Positions 32,366 through 49,706 of a stretch of DNA of 64,000 nucleotides are shown piece by piece (positions within the stretch are counted from its first letter, which is position 1; each line of letters begins with the position of its first letter). The position numbers and the translations under genes were made by a program. Source of the DNA: the human T2T-CHM13v2.0 reference genome, Homo sapiens. The stretch lies in the NCBI RefSeq assembly GCF_009914755.1, contig NC_060947.1. One strand, written 5' to 3'. Under the pieces are notes generated by a model, which worked only from the letters and a program-made list of their open reading frames with translations, was not told where the DNA came from and ran no database searches.

Positions 32366-35046
32366 TTGTGGTATAGTTTGAAATCAGGTAGTATGATCTC
32401 TCCAGCTTTGTTCCTTTTGCTCACGATTGCCTTGGCTGTTTGGGTTTTATGTTTTGGTGGCTCCATATTAATTTTCGGATTATTTTTCTATATGTTTGAA
32501 AAGTGACATTGGACTTTTTATAGTGATTGCATTGAATCTGTAGATCACTTTGAGTAGTATGGACATTATAACAATATTATGTTTTTAAATCCACGAATGT
32601 AAGCTATCTTTCCATTTATTTGTGTCTTCTTCAGTCTCTTTTGATAACATTTTATAGTTTTCATTATAAAAGTCTTTCACCTGTTTGGTTAAATTTATTT
32701 TAAACTATATATATTTTTGTAGCTATCATAAACAGGATTATTCTTGATATCTTCTTTGGAAAATGTGTTGTTAATGTAGAGAAATGCTACCAATTTTTGC
32801 ATATTAACTTTGCATTTTGTAACTTTACTGAATTCATTTATCAGTTTTAACAGATTTCTGCTGAGGTGCTTAGGGTATTCTATGTATAAGAACATGTCAT
32901 CAGCAAACAGCAAAAATTTCACCTCTTTTCCTGTTTAGATGCCTTTTATTTCTTTCTTTTGCCTTATTGTTCTGGAAAGGATGTCCACTACTATGTTGAA
33001 TAGATGTGGTAAAAGTAGGTTTCCTTATCTCGTTCATGATCTTAAAGAAAAAGGTTCTACTTTTTCACCTTTGAGTATAATGTTAGCAGTGGGCCTATTA
33101 TATGTGACTTTTTTGTGTTGAAGTACATTCTTTCTATACCTAATTTTTTGAGTGTATTTACTATAAAAGGATGGTGAATTTTGTCATTTTTTCTGCATTT
33201 AATGAGATGATCATATGATTTATGTCTTTCATTCTGTTAATGTGATATCTCACATATATTAATGTGTGAATGTTGAACTATCTTTGCATCTAGGGATAAA
33301 ACCACTTGATCATGGTGAATGATCCTTCTAATATGTTGTTGAATTTAGCTTGCTTGTATTTTGTTGAGGATTTTTAAACTATGTTAATCAAGAATACTGG
33401 CCTGTAGGTTTCTTTTCTTGTGACATTCTTCATTTGGCATTGGCATCAGGATAATTCTGGCCTTATATAGTTTGGAAGTATTCTCTCTGGAATTTTTTGA
33501 TAAAGTTTGTGGAGAGTTGGTATTAGCTGTTCTTTAAATGTTTGGTAAAATTCAACAGTGAAACCATCAGCACTTGGGCTTTTCTTTGATGGGAGATTTT
33601 TTGTTACTGATTCAATCTTCTCACTTGTTATGGATCTGTTAAGATATTCTATATTTTTCGGGATTCAATCTTGGTGGGGGTTGTATGTGTCTAGAAATTT
33701 ATCTGTTTTTTCCTAGGTTATCTAATTTTTGGCATATAATTGTTGATAGTAGTCTGCTAGGATCCATTGTATTTCTGTGGTGTCAGTTTTAATGTCTCTT
33801 GTTTTATTTCTGATTTTATTTATTTGAGTTCCTTCTCTTTTGTTCTTGGTTAGACTAGTTAAGGGTTTGCCAATTTTGTTTGTCTTTTCAATAAACTAAC
33901 TCAGTTTTATAGATTTCTTGTATTATTTTTCTAGTTGTGATTCCATTTATTTCTTCTCTGATATTTATTATTTTTCCTTCTGCTAACATTGGACTTAGTT
34001 TGTTATTTTTTCTATTTCATTAACATCACATTAACTTATTTACTTGCAGTCTTCTTTTTTGATATAAGTATTTATCGCTAAAGACTTTCCTTTTAGAACT
34101 GCTTTTGCTGCAGCCCATAAATTTGGTATGTTATATTTCCATTTTCATTTGTCTCCAGAAATATTTAAGTCTCCCTTTTCTTAATTGGCCCACTGTTTTT
34201 TCAGGAGCATGGTATTTAATTTTCATGTATTTGTGAATTTTATATAATTTCTCCTGTTATTCATTTTTGGTTTCATACCATTGTGGCTGGAAAAGTTACT
34301 TGATATGATATCAGTGTTCTTAAACTTGCTAAGACTTGTCTCGTAGGCTAACATGATCTTTTCTGTAGAATATTATGTGTGTACTTAATAAAATGTGTAT
34401 TCTGTTGCCATTAGATAGAATGTTCAGTATATGGCTATTAGGTCCATTTGGCCTAAAGTATTTTCACGTCCAGTGTTTGCTTATTAATTTTATGTCTGGA
34501 TGATCTTTCCATGATTGAAAGTGGGGTGCTGAAGCCCCCTACTATTATTGCATTGCAATCTGTCTCTCCCTATGGTGTAAAATTATTTATTTATAACGTC
34601 CCTATGATGCATGCACAGTGAGAGCAAAGTGCTCCAGAAAGTGGTTCTTCAAATGTTGATGCTGGTAGAATTAAAGGTAATATGTTTCGCTCATATTTGT
34701 ATTTTTTACTGTTGCTCAAATATTTTCAAGTGAACATGTATCAATGATATTAAAATACACTCTTATAAACAATCAATTAAATGCATTTCAAGTAAAAATT
34801 TAAAATAGTCTGGTTTTTTCTTAAGGTTTAAAAAAATGAATCTTACACAAAAATTAGCCCAGTGACAAGGTAAAATACCCTTAAGACATGGTTATTTACC
34901 TGATAACATGCTATTATTTTCCCTTCTTAAACCAGCATTTTCTCGCAGTTTTTACAAAATGATATCTGATGGTTTTAGAGACCTTGGCATCTTTTACTAG
35001 CAATACACCTCATTGAATCTGAGTATATATCAGTGCTTTCTAATAA

Positions 35047-35305
35047 CACTGGGTTTCTCAGCCTCAGCACTGTCGACATTTAGGTTGGATAATTCTTTGT
35101 TGTGGCAAGCTTCGCTGTGCTTTATAAGATGTTTAGAGTATCCCTAGCTGGATAATTCTTTGTTGTGGCAAGCTTCCCTGTGCTTTATAAGATGTTTAGG
35201 GTATCCCTAGCTTCTATCCACCAGATGGCCAGTAGCAGTCCTCATGCCCCTAGTGGTGCCAACCACAAATGCCTCCACACATTGCCAGATATCTGCTTGG
35301 GTGGA
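35047..35305. mobile_element. MER20 (hAT-Charlie) with internal 63-bp tandem duplication (35086-35211)
   Basis: TTCTCAGCCTCAGCACTGTCGACATTT..GGATAATTCTTTGTTGT motif; duplicated unit has 2 mismatches. Confidence 0.8.
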
Positions 35306-35345
35306 ATTTGTAGATTGCTTTGGGTGGATTGGCCCTTGTAACAAT

Positions 35346-35665
35346 TGTGAGCCCCAAATATCTGAGACAGGTCTCAGTCAATTTAGAAAGTTTATTTTGC
35401 CAAGGTTAAGAACACACCCCTGAGGAAGTCCTGAGACATGTGCCCAAGGTGGTCAGGGTACAGTTTGCTTTTATACATTTTAGCAAGACATGAGACATCA
35501 ATCAGTATATGTACGATGTACATTGGTTTGGTCCGGTAAGGTGGGACAACTTAAAGTAGGGGCTTCCGGGTTAGAAATAGGTAAGAGACAGAAAGATTGC
35601 ATTCTTTTGAGTTCTTGACCAGCCTTCCACTGAATACACAATTTCGTCTGGTTCAGTGAATCTGT
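35346..35665 (-). repeat. 3' LTR (MER4A-like), 5' part of U3 deleted
   Basis: Homologous to 45943-46270, then jumps to internal sequence. Confidence 0.8.
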
Positions 35666-36791
35666 GTTTAATAACATTAATAAAATAATAACATTTATAA
35701 AAAGTTTAAAACAATATCATCAGAATGGGATCACAGGTCATTATAAAATAAGTCATTCATTTAGCCAAAGTGATAACTCAGAGATTTCAAAAAAAGACAG
35801 AAACCTTTATTCTTTGAGAGTGGAGACTTAATTTCTGAAACAATGTGATGTAATAAAGATAGCACAAGACCAGTTAAATCTGTCTCTCAAAATCTTGTAA
35901 AAAATCTATAAAATGTTAATAATATTGACCATAAGATATAATTTCCATAAACCGGTTTGTAACCTTTATAATTTTGTATTAAGGAGTGTGTTAATGCTCC
36001 GAGAAAACCTTGTTTATCTGACACAGGGGCCCGCATGCTGGTTTTGTATCAGTGTGCCTTTGATATTAATGGTTAATTTCTATAGAAACTGAACTAATTT
36101 TATCTCTTAAAATCGGCCCTTAAATCTCATGCACTCATCTCTTCCGCAATAGTTTCTGGGCCTTGAGGAGTTAATAAAAACTATTGTTTTAATTTCTGGC
36201 CCTGTGTTTCACGAATGCAGTTTATTTTGACTGGCATCTTCTACCAGGCCTGAAGATGTGGCTTAAATTGCTGTCAGTGTTTAAGATTTAGCAGGATCTG
36301 GTGTCCTTTTTAGATGCAGGAGTCAAAGCCCTGTAACTCAATGGCACAAGGACTTTAAAAACACATACAGAAAGTTACATGGATGTAATAACCTTAATTT
36401 AAAGAATTTTTATAATCTCGGTTTTTTTCTAAGCAAACCAAAACTTAATAATACTGACATAGGAATTATTTCAATAAAACATAAATCTGTTAGGCCAGGA
36501 AAAGGCAAAAGAAAAGACCTTCTGCAGTGCACAGAATATTGTTGGAAGGAAACACTTCCTTTAGACCTTTAAGAAAACATTTTTAGCATCAGGCCACAAG
36601 AAACAGAACCCGAGGGGAAAAAATTATATGAACTGAAAATGAGTTGAAGGAGAGCGTTATTATTTTTCACCCTTTAAAAGGGGAGAGAAAACTGAAAACA
36701 GTGAGACACAATAAAAGTTGAACTTTGAGTTTATAAAGAATTAAAATCTCTTATAATTTAAGAGTAAATCAATCTGTTAAGAAAATTTCAG

Positions 36792-37691
36792 GGGAGGAGC
36801 CAAGATGGCCGAATAGGAACAGCTCCGGTCTACAGCTCCCAGTGTGAGCAACACAGAAGACGGGTGATTTCTGCATTTCCATCTGAGGTACCGGGTTCAT
36901 CTCACTAGGGAGTGCCAGACAGTGGGCGCAGGTCAGTGGGTGCACGCACCGTGCGCGAGCCGAAGCAGGGCGAGGCATTGCCTCACCTGGGAAGCGCAAG
37001 GGGTCAGGGAGTTCCCTTTCTCAGTCAAAGAAAGCGGTGACGGACGCACCTGGAAAATCGGGTCACTCCCACCCAAATATTGCGCTTTTCGGACCGGCTT
37101 AAAAAACGGCGCACCACGAGATTATATCTCGCACCTGGCTCGGAGGGTCCTACGCCCAGGGAGTCTCGCTGATTGCTAGCACAGCAGTCTGAGATCAAAC
37201 TGCAAGGCGGCAGCGAGGCTGGAGGAGGGGCGCCCACCATTGCCCAGGCTTGCTTAGGTAAACAAAGCAGCAGGGAAGCTCGAACTGGGTGGAGCCCACC
37301 ACAGCTCAAGGAGGCCTGCCTGCCTCTGTAGGCTCCACCTCTGGGGGCAGGGCACAGACAAACAAAAAGCAGTAACCTCTGCAGACTTAAATGTCCCTGT
37401 CTGACAGCTTTGAAGAGAGCAGTGGTTCTCCCAGCACGCAGCTGAAGATCTGACAACGGGCAGACTGCCTCCTCAAGTGGGTCCCTGACCCCTGACCCCC
37501 GAGCAGCCTAACTGGGAGGCACCCCCCAGCAGGGGCACACTGACACCTCACACGGCAGGGTATTCCAACAGACCTGCAGCTGAGGGTCCTGTCTGTTAGA
37601 AGGAAAACTAACAAACAGAAAGGACATCCACACCAAAAACCCATCTGTACATCACCATCATCAAAGACCAAAAGTAGATAAAACCACAAAG
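36792..37691 (+). promoter_or_regulatory. L1 5'UTR internal sense/antisense promoter, CpG-rich, YY1 site
   Basis: CAAGATGGC at 36800-36809 region; many CpGs retained. Confidence 0.8.
37025..37240 (-). CDS. ORF0: L1 ORF0 (71 aa, intact)
   Basis: MVGAPPPASLPPCSLISDCCASNQRD...RCVRHRFL, canonical length, GCAATGG Kozak context. Confidence 0.8.
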   Translation of the reverse strand: MVGAPPPASLPPCSLISDCCASNQRDSLGVGPSEPGARYNLVVRRFLSRSEKRNIWVGVTRFSRCVRHRFL

Positions 37692-38708
37692 ATGGGGAGA
37701 AAAAAGAACAGAAAAACTGGAAACTCTAAAACGCAGAGCACCTCTCCTCCTCCAAAGGAACGCAGTTCCTCACCAGCAACAGAACAAAGCTGGATGGAGA
37801 ATGACTTCGACGAGCTGAGAGAAGAAGGCTTCAGACAATCAAATTACTCTGAGCTACGGGAGGACATTCAAACCAAAGGCAAAGAAGTTGAAAACTTTGA
37901 AAAAAATTTAGAAGAATGTATAACTAGAATAACCAATACAGAGAAGTGCTTAAAGGAGCTGATGGAGCTGAAAACCAAGACTCGAGAACTACGTGAAGAA
38001 TGCAGAAGCCTCAGGAGCCGATGTGATCAACTGGAAGAAAGGGTATCAGCAATGGAAGATGAAATGAATGAAATGAAGCGAGAAGGGAAGTTTAGAGAAA
38101 AAAGAATAAAAAGAAATGAGCAAAGCCTCCAAGAAATATGGGACTATGTGAAAAGACCAAATCTATGTCTGATTGGTGTACCTGAAAGTGATGGGGAGAA
38201 TGGAACCAAGTTGGAAAACACTCTGCAGGATATTATCCAGGAGAACTTCCCCAATCTAGCAAGGCAGGCCAACGTTCAGATTCAGGAAATACAGAGAACG
38301 CCACAAAGATACTCCTCGAGAAGAGCAACTCCAAGACACATAATTGTCAGATTCACCAAAGTTGAAATGAAGGAAAAAATGTTAAGGGCAGCCAGAGAGA
38401 AAGGTCGGGTTACCCTCAAAGGGAAGCCCATCAGACTAACAGCGGATCTCTTGGCAGAAACCCTACAAGCCAGAAGAGAGTGGCGGCCAATATTCAACAT
38501 TCTTAAAGAAAAGAATTTTCAACCCAGAATTTCATATCCAGCCAAACTAAGCTTCATAAGTGAAGGAGAAATAAAATACTTTACAGACAAGCAAATGCTG
38601 AGAGATTTTGTCACCAGCAGGCCTGCCCTAAAAGAGCTCTTGAAGGAAGCACTAAACATGGAAAGGAACAACCGGTACCAGCCACTGCAAAATCATGCCA
38701 AAATGTAA
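37692..38708 (+). CDS. ORF1: L1 ORF1p (338 aa, full-length open frame)
   Basis: Coiled coil, RRM and CTD; REKG, ARR and YPAKLS motifs present; substitutions include R159C and G265R. Confidence 0.92.
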   Translation: MGRKKNRKTGNSKTQSTSPPPKERSSSPATEQSWMENDFDELREEGFRQSNYSELREDIQTKGKEVENFEKNLEECITRITNTEKCLKELMELKTKTRELREECRSLRSRCDQLEERVSAMEDEMNEMKREGKFREKRIKRNEQSLQEIWDYVKRPNLCLIGVPESDGENGTKLENTLQDIIQENFPNLARQANVQIQEIQRTPQRYSSRRATPRHIIVRFTKVEMKEKMLRAAREKGRVTLKGKPIRLTADLLAETLQARREWRPIFNILKEKNFQPRISYPAKLSFISEGEIKYFTDKQMLRDFVTSRPALKELLKEALNMERNNRYQPLQNHAKM

Positions 38709-38756
38709 AGACCATCGAGACTAGGAAGAAACTGCATCAACTAACGAGCAAAATAA

Positions 38757-42588
<3,832 letters not shown>

Positions 42589-43367
42589 ACAATGAGAACA
42601 CATGGACACAGGAAGGGGAACATCACACTCTGGGGACTGTTGTGGGGTGGGGGGAGGGGGGAGGGATAGCATTGGGAGATATACCTAATGCTGGATGACG
42701 AGTTAGTGGGTGCAGCGCACCAGCATGGCACATGTATACATATGTAACTAACCTGCACAATGTGCACATGTACCCTAAAACTTAAAGTATAATAAAAAAA
42801 AAAGAAAGAAAATTTCAGTGTTCTAACCAAGTCTTTAGTGTATAAGTGGTTTTCTTAACATCAAAACCCAATCTCTAGAAAGACTTTTATAAATGATTTC
42901 CCTTTAATTATAGACAAATTGACACAAATCATTTACTACATGCTTGAACTTACTGTTTTATCCTAGACATTCGTCTTTCTTAAATAACTAGTTGTTTTAT
43001 TTTAGGACAAAAATTTACCGTACAAGATTTTTTTCTCATATAAAATTATTTTTCTTTTAACCTTTCTTGCCAAAAATTCCTCTTTATGTTTATAACTTAC
43101 TTTACATTGTTCTTATTCACTGATTACCTTTACATAATTTTTAAAATAACTTTTAAATAACCTTTGAATTAGACAAAAAGTATTTTTTAATAAGAACACA
43201 TTTCTTTTTTTCAGAAAAAGTGTTTTCTTGTAATTAAAAAAAATTGGAAATGACCCAGACATTTAATAACTATCAATTATTTAGCTTAATATAACTTTAG
43301 ATTTTAAATTATATGACAGGATTATCTACAAGCATTTATTCCATTACATTTACCTAATTAATTATTA

Positions 43368-44319
43368 ATTGGCTTTGAGAGTCTACGGCTTTTCGAGGCA
43401 CATGGTGCAAACTGCCAGTGGAGCTACCATTCTGGGGTTTGGAGGATGGTGGCCATCTTCTCACAGCTCCACTAGGCAGTACCCCAGTAAGGACTCTGTG
43501 TGGGGGCTCCAACCCCACATTTCCCTTCCACACTGCCCTAACAGAGGGGCCCCACCCCTGGAGCAAACTTTTGCCTGGGCATCCAGGCATTTCCATACAT
43601 CTTCTAAAATCTAGGAGGAGGTTCCCAAACCTCAATTCTTAACTTCTGTGCACCTGCAGGCTCAATGCCACATGGAAGCTGCCAAGGCTTGGGGCTCCCA
43701 CCCTCTGGAGTCACAGCTCGAGCTGTACGTTGGCCCCTTTCAGCCATGGCTGGGGAGCAGCTGGGACACAGGGCACCAAGTCACTTGGCTGCACACAGCA
43801 GGGGGACCCTGGACCTGGCCCACAAAACCACATTTTCCTCCTGGGCCCCCGGGCCTGTGATAGGAGAGGCTGCCACGAAGGTCTCTGACGTGGCCTGGAG
43901 ACATTTTCCCTGTAGTCTTGGGGATTAACACTAGGCTCCTTGCTACTTCTGAAAATTTCTGCAGCCGGCCTGAATTTCTTCTCAAAAAACAGGCTTTTCT
44001 TTTCCACTGCATTGTCAAGCTGAAAGTTTTCTGAACTTTTTGCTCTGTTTTCCTTTTAAAATGGAATGCTTTTAACAGCACACAAGTCACCTTTTGAATG
44101 CTTTGCTGCTTAGAAATTTCTTCTGCCAGATACCGTAAATCATCTCTCTCAAGTTCAAAGTTCCACAAATCTCTAGGGCAGGGGCAAAATGCTGCCAGTC
44201 ACTTTGCTAAAACATAATAAGAGTCACCTTTTCTCTAGTTCCTAACAAGTTCCTCATCCCCATCTGAGACCACCTCAGCCTGGACCTTATTGTTCATATC
44301 ACTATCAGCATTTTTGTCA
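43368..44319 (-). mobile_element. THE1/MST (MaLR) internal fragment without LTRs
   Basis: MaLR ORF remnant WNFELERDDLRYLAEEISKQQSIQ; flanked by TAATTAATTATTA (43355-43367, 44320-44332). Confidence 0.85.
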
Positions 44320-44936
44320 TAATTAATTATTATTTTTTAATAGTTTACCCAGATTACTTATGAAAAATATGATAGTTATTTAAAGTTTAAAGTTTTCTTG
44401 TTAAACATTTATATAACCTGTGGATTCCAGGTTTTCCTAAGTAAGAACATTAAAATTAGATAAATGTGGGGTTTTTGTTTTGGTGTTACTATATTTTTTT
44501 TTTGCCAGTAAGTCAAGATTTAGTTGTTTTCATTAACCAACCAATGTTAAATGTCTTATTTATTAAATTTTATGTAAACAAAGATAATTCTCTTTTGAGC
44601 CACATTTACAGATTTATAACCCTCATACCAAATTTTGACATCTAGCAGAGATAAATAACGTATGCTGACAATTGTGAAGCCATTTCTAATTCTATTTCAC
44701 CAAATTTTTAAAACCATATTATTTATTAAAGATTTAGTTAAGCCATGTGAACTTGAAAAAGCATTTGGCTTAAAGTCTCTATATTTCTGATTAAGTATTT
44801 GATTTAAGCACCTTTTTAAAAAGCCAATTATAGTTCTTTTATACATTTTTAATGGTGAAACATCATATATTTGATGCGTAAATACATAGACATATTCGAC
44901 ATGTAGTTAGGAGTAGACCTTATAGATTCATAAGAC

Positions 44937-45335
44937 ATGGTTTTGAAATGTGAGGACATGAGATTTGGAGAGACCAGGGGCAAAATGATATGGTTTGGCT
45001 TTGTCTCCACCCAAATATCAACTTGAATTGTATCTCCCAGAATTCCCACATGTTGGGGCATGGACCCAGGGGGAGGTAATTGAATCATGGGGGCTGGTCT
45101 TTCCCATGCTATTCTTGTGATAGTGAATAAGTCTCCCAAGATCTGATGGGTTTATCAGGGTTTTCCGCTTTTGCTTCTTCCTCATTTTTCTCTTGCCTCC
45201 ACCACATCAGAAGTGCCTTTCACCCTCACCATGATTCTGAGGCCTCCTCAGCCATGTGGAACTGTAAGTCCAATTAAACCTCATTTTGTTCCCAGTTTCG
45301 GGTATGTATCAGCAGCATGAAAATGAACTAATACA
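44937..45335 (+). mobile_element. THE1A 3' LTR (44986-45335) with ~50 bp of internal sequence and polypurine tract
   Basis: TGATATGGTTTGG...ACTAATACA preceded by GGACATGAGATTTGGAGAGACCAGGGGCAAAA. Confidence 0.85.
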
Positions 45336-45921
45336 CACATAATTTGGAGCTTTCCTTTGGATTTGATCAAGTCAGAAAGAGTTGGTCAAACCCAGTGGGA
45401 AAAAGACCAAAACAACAACAAAAACAGAAACAAGCAAACAACAAAAAAATAGTTAAGCAAAGCAAAGAATTGCACAATTTATGTGATTACTGAGCACTCC
45501 AGTGGTAAGGAGAAATGAAGATCAGCTGGTTGTTAATCTTAACTTTAGTGAAAACAAAATTCCAATTCAGGTATTTACCTTGGGATGGGTCTGAAGCTGT
45601 TCTCTGTCATCCTAGAAGCAGGAAAAAACTCAAACTCTCCTTCCCTGTTGGAAGCAAACTCAAACTCCAGGAAGGAGTTACCTGCCTTCCATCATGAAAG
45701 CAGGAAGACTTGCCTTTGTTGTTGGCAGCAAGTAAAACTCCAAAAAGAAGGAGTTGTACAGTAAAATAAACTTTAGATCTTGACTAAAGCTTGGGAGGTC
45801 AGGGATTCTCTGGAGGGGGAGCTTCCAGGCCTCAGAAAATTGTCCTATTGGTTTGAACCATAAAGATAGCTCAAGCTGGTACTGATAGATTTGTCATAGA
45901 TCAGGGGCACCTCCACTCAGA

Positions 45922-45939
45922 ATCCCTTCATGGCCACCA
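45922..45939 (-). promoter_or_regulatory. Primer binding site, tRNA-Arg-like
   Basis: TGGTGGCCATGAAGGGAT, 3 nt after the 5' LTR; 14/18 match to TGGCGACCACGAAGGGAC. Confidence 0.65.
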
Positions 45940-45942
45940 AAA

Positions 45943-46449
45943 TGTGAACCCCAAATATCTGCAACAGGTCTCAGTCAATTTAGGTTTATTTTGCCAAGGT
46001 TAAGGACGTGCCCGCAACAGCCTCAGGAAGTTCTGAGACATCTGCCCAAGGTGGTCAGGCGTACAGTTTGTTTTTATACATTTTAGGGAGACATAAGACA
46101 GGTCTTACAGTCAGTATGTGTAAGACTTACATTGGTTCAGTCTTGTAAGGTGGGACAACTCAAAGTAGGTGTTTCCAGGTTAGAAGTAGATAAGAGACAA
46201 AAGGTTGCATTATTGTGAGTCCTTGATCAGCCTTCCACTGAATACATAATTTAATCTGGCTCAGTGAATCTGCATTTTTACATAAAGAATAGGGGAGAGG
46301 AAGCAATGAGATATGGATTTGTCTCAAGTGAGCCTCAGAGGGATGACTTTGAATAGAATAGGAAACAGGTTTGCCTTAAGCTGTTCCCAGCTTGACTTTT
46401 CCCTTTAACTTAGTGATTTTGGGGTCCCAAGATTTATTTTCCTTTCTCA
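45943..46449 (-). repeat. 5' LTR (MER4A-like)
   Basis: Minus strand begins TGAGAAAGGAAAATAAATCTTGGGACCCCAAAATCACTAAG and ends ...TTCACA. Confidence 0.85.
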
Positions 46450-46453
46450 CAAT

Positions 46454-49400
46454 ATTGATTTTTCCTATATATGAACATGAAATGCTTTTCCTTTTTTGTA
46501 TTATGTCTGATATTTTTATCAGTGTTTTGTAATTCTCATTGTAGCAATCTTTTACCTCCCTGCTTAGATGTATTCCCAGGTATTTTATTCCTTTTGTGGC
46601 TATTTTGAATGGTATTGCATTCTTCATTTGGCTCTCAGCTTGGATGTTGTTGGTGTAGAGAAATGCTACTGATTTTCATACATTAGTTTTGTATCCTGAA
46701 GATTTGATGAAGTTGTTTATCAGATCAAGAATCTTTTGGGCAGAGCCTATAGGGTTTTCTAGGTATAGAATAATATAATCAACAATCAGTGATAGTTTGA
46801 CTTCCTGTCTTCCTATTTGGATACCCTTTATTTTTTTGTTGTTTGTTTGTTTTGCCTGATTTTTCTAGCTAGGACTGCCAGTACTGTGTTGAATAGGAGT
46901 CTTGAGAATGGGCATACCTGTCCTGTTCTGGTTTGCAAGGGAAATCTTCCAGCTTTTGCCCATTAAGTATGATTGGCTTTGGGTTTGTCATATATGGCTG
47001 TTATTATTTTGAGATATGTTCCTTCAATACCTAGTTTATTAAGATTTTTTAACATAAATGGATGTTAAATTTTATCAAAAGCCTTTTCTGCATCTATTGA
47101 GATTTTCATGTTGTTGTTGTTTTTAGTTCTGTTTATGTGAACATTTATTGATTTGCATATGTTGAACCAACCTTACATCCCAGGGATAAAGCCTACTTGA
47201 TCATGATGGATTAACTTTTTAATGTGTTGCTTGATACGGTTTGCTGATGTTTTCATGAGGATTTTTGCATCCATGTTTATTAAGGATATTGGCCTGAAGT
47301 TTTCTTTTTTGTTTTGACTTTGCCGTTTTGTGGTTATCAAGATCTTGTTGGCCTCATAGAATGAGTTAGGGAACAGCACCTCCTCCTCAGTTTTTGGGAC
47401 TGGTTTCAATGGGAATGGCACCAGCTCTTCCTTATACATTTGATAAAATTCAGTGTGAATCTGTCTGGTCTTTGTACTTTCTGATTTTTAGGCTTTTTAT
47501 TACTGATTTGATTTTAGAACTCATTACTGGTTTGTTCAGGGATTGAGTTTATTCCTGGTTCAATCTCAGTTGTTGTATGTTTACAGGAATTTATCCAGTT
47601 ATTCTAGGTTTTCTAGTTTGTGTGTGTAGAGGTACTCAAGGTTTTTTTCTTTTTTTTTTGTATTTCTGTTGGGTCAGTGGTAATGTCCCTGTAGTCATTT
47701 CTGATTTTGTTTATTTGGATATTCTCTCTTTTGTCTTTACTAATCTAGGTAGTTGTCTATCTTATTTATTCTTTCAAAGAACCAACTCCTGGCTTCATTG
47801 ATATTTTGAATTTTTTTTTTTTTTTTTTTGCATCTGAATTTCCTTCAGTTCGGCTGTGATTATGGTATTATCTTCTGCTGGTTTGGAGGTTAATTTGCTT
47901 TTGTTTTTATTTTTCCTCTTTACGTTATGTTAGTTGGTTTTTTTTTTTTATCTTCCTAACGTTTTGATGTCATCGTTTAGTGTTATAAACTTCCCTTTAA
48001 CACTGCTTTAGTTGTGTCCCAGGGATTCTGGTATGTTGTCCCTTTTTTCTTATTAATTTCAAAGAATGTCTTGATTTCTGCCTTAATTTCCTCGTTTACC
48101 CTGAAGTCATCCAGGCACAGGTTGAATTTCATGTAACTGTATGGTTTTGAGCAATTTTCTTAGTATTGATGTCTGTTTGGGGTGGGGGGTGCTGTGGTCT
48201 GAACATGTGGTTGGTATGAATTTTTCTTTCTTTCTTTCTTTCTGGAATTTGCTGAGGATTGTTTTTTGGCTGATTGTGTGGTCAATTTTAGAGTATGTGC
48301 CATGTGCAGCTGTGAATTTATATTCTCTTGTTTTTCAGAGAATTCTGTAGATGTCTATTAGGTCAATTTGGTCAGGTGTTGAGTTCAGGTCCTGAATAAC
48401 TTTGTTAGTTTTCTGCCTCAATGATTTTTCTTATACTGTCAGTGGGGCATTGAACTCTCCTGCTATTATTGTGTGGTTATCTAAGTATCTTTATAGGTTT
48501 TTAAGAACTTGCCTTATGAATCTGGGTGCTCCTGTGTTGGGTGCATATATCTTTAGAATAGTTAGGTCTTTTTGTTGAATTGAACCCTTTACTACTATAT
48601 CATTTCCTGATTTCTCCTTTTTGACTTTTGTTGCTTTAAAATCTGTTCTGTCTGTAATTAGTATAGCAATCCCTGCTTTTTTTTCTATTTTCCATTTGTA
48701 TGAAAGATTTTTCTTCATCTGTTTTCTTTGAGTCTGGGTGTCATTATATGTGAGATTGGTCTCTTGAGGACAGCATACCATTGGATCTTGTTTCTTTATC
48801 CAACTTTCCAATTTGTACCTTTTACTTGAGGCATTTAAGCCTTTATGTTCAAGGTTAATATTGATATGTGCAGATTTCATTCTATCATCATGTTATAAGC
48901 TATTCATTATGCAGATTTGTTTGTGTGTTTGCTTTATTGTATCAGACATCTGTGTGCTTAAGTGTGTATTTGTGGTGGCTGGTAATAGTTTTTTTTTTTT
49001 TTTTTCCACTTTTAGCCCTATCTTCAGGACCTCTTCTAAGGCAGGTGTGGTGGTAATAAATTCCTTTAGCATTAGCTTTTCTGAAAAGAATCTTATTTTT
49101 CCTTCGCTTATGAAGCTTAGTTTGACTGGCTATGAAATTCTTGCTTTGAATTTCTTTTATTTAAGTATGCCGAATACAAGCCTCCAGTGCCTTTTGGCTT
49201 TTAGGGTTTCTGTTGAAAGATCTATTGTCAGCCTAATGGAGTTCCCTTTGTAGGTGATCTGCTCCATTTTCTCTAGCTTCCTTTAACATTTTTTCTTTCA
49301 TTTCAACCTTGGAAAATCTGATGACTTTGTGTCTTGGGTAAGGTCATCATGTATATTATCTTGCAGGGATTCTCTGCATTTCCTGAATTTAGATGTTAGC

Positions 49401-49635
49401 CTTGTTAGTGAGCTTGGGAAATGTTCATGAACAATATCCTGAAATAGGTTTTCCAAGGTGTTTGCTTTCTCTCCTTCTCTTTCAAGGGTGCCAATCAGGT
49501 GTAGACTTGGTCGCTTTACATAATCCTGTATTTCTTGGAGGTTTTATTTATACTTCTTTAATATTTTTAAAAATTTTTTTCCAACTGAGTTATTTCAGAG
49601 AACCAGTCTTTGAGCTCTGAGATTATTTCCTCATT
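46454..49635 (-). mobile_element. Older L1 (L1PB/L1PA13-16-like) ORF1-ORF2 fragment; a ~40-bp stub continues at 35305-35345
   Basis: Remnants [26 protein letters not shown] and antisense ORF1 C-terminus. Confidence 0.85.
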
Positions 49636-49706
49636 TTTGCCCTAAAATGCCACAATTCACTCAGTAACATAAAAATCATTCTTACTTGAAAAGGGATCTT
49701 TAATGA

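Noticed and set aside
43354-44168. Cluster of 70-140-aa ORFs
   Set aside because: Decayed MaLR internal ORF and its antisense frames.
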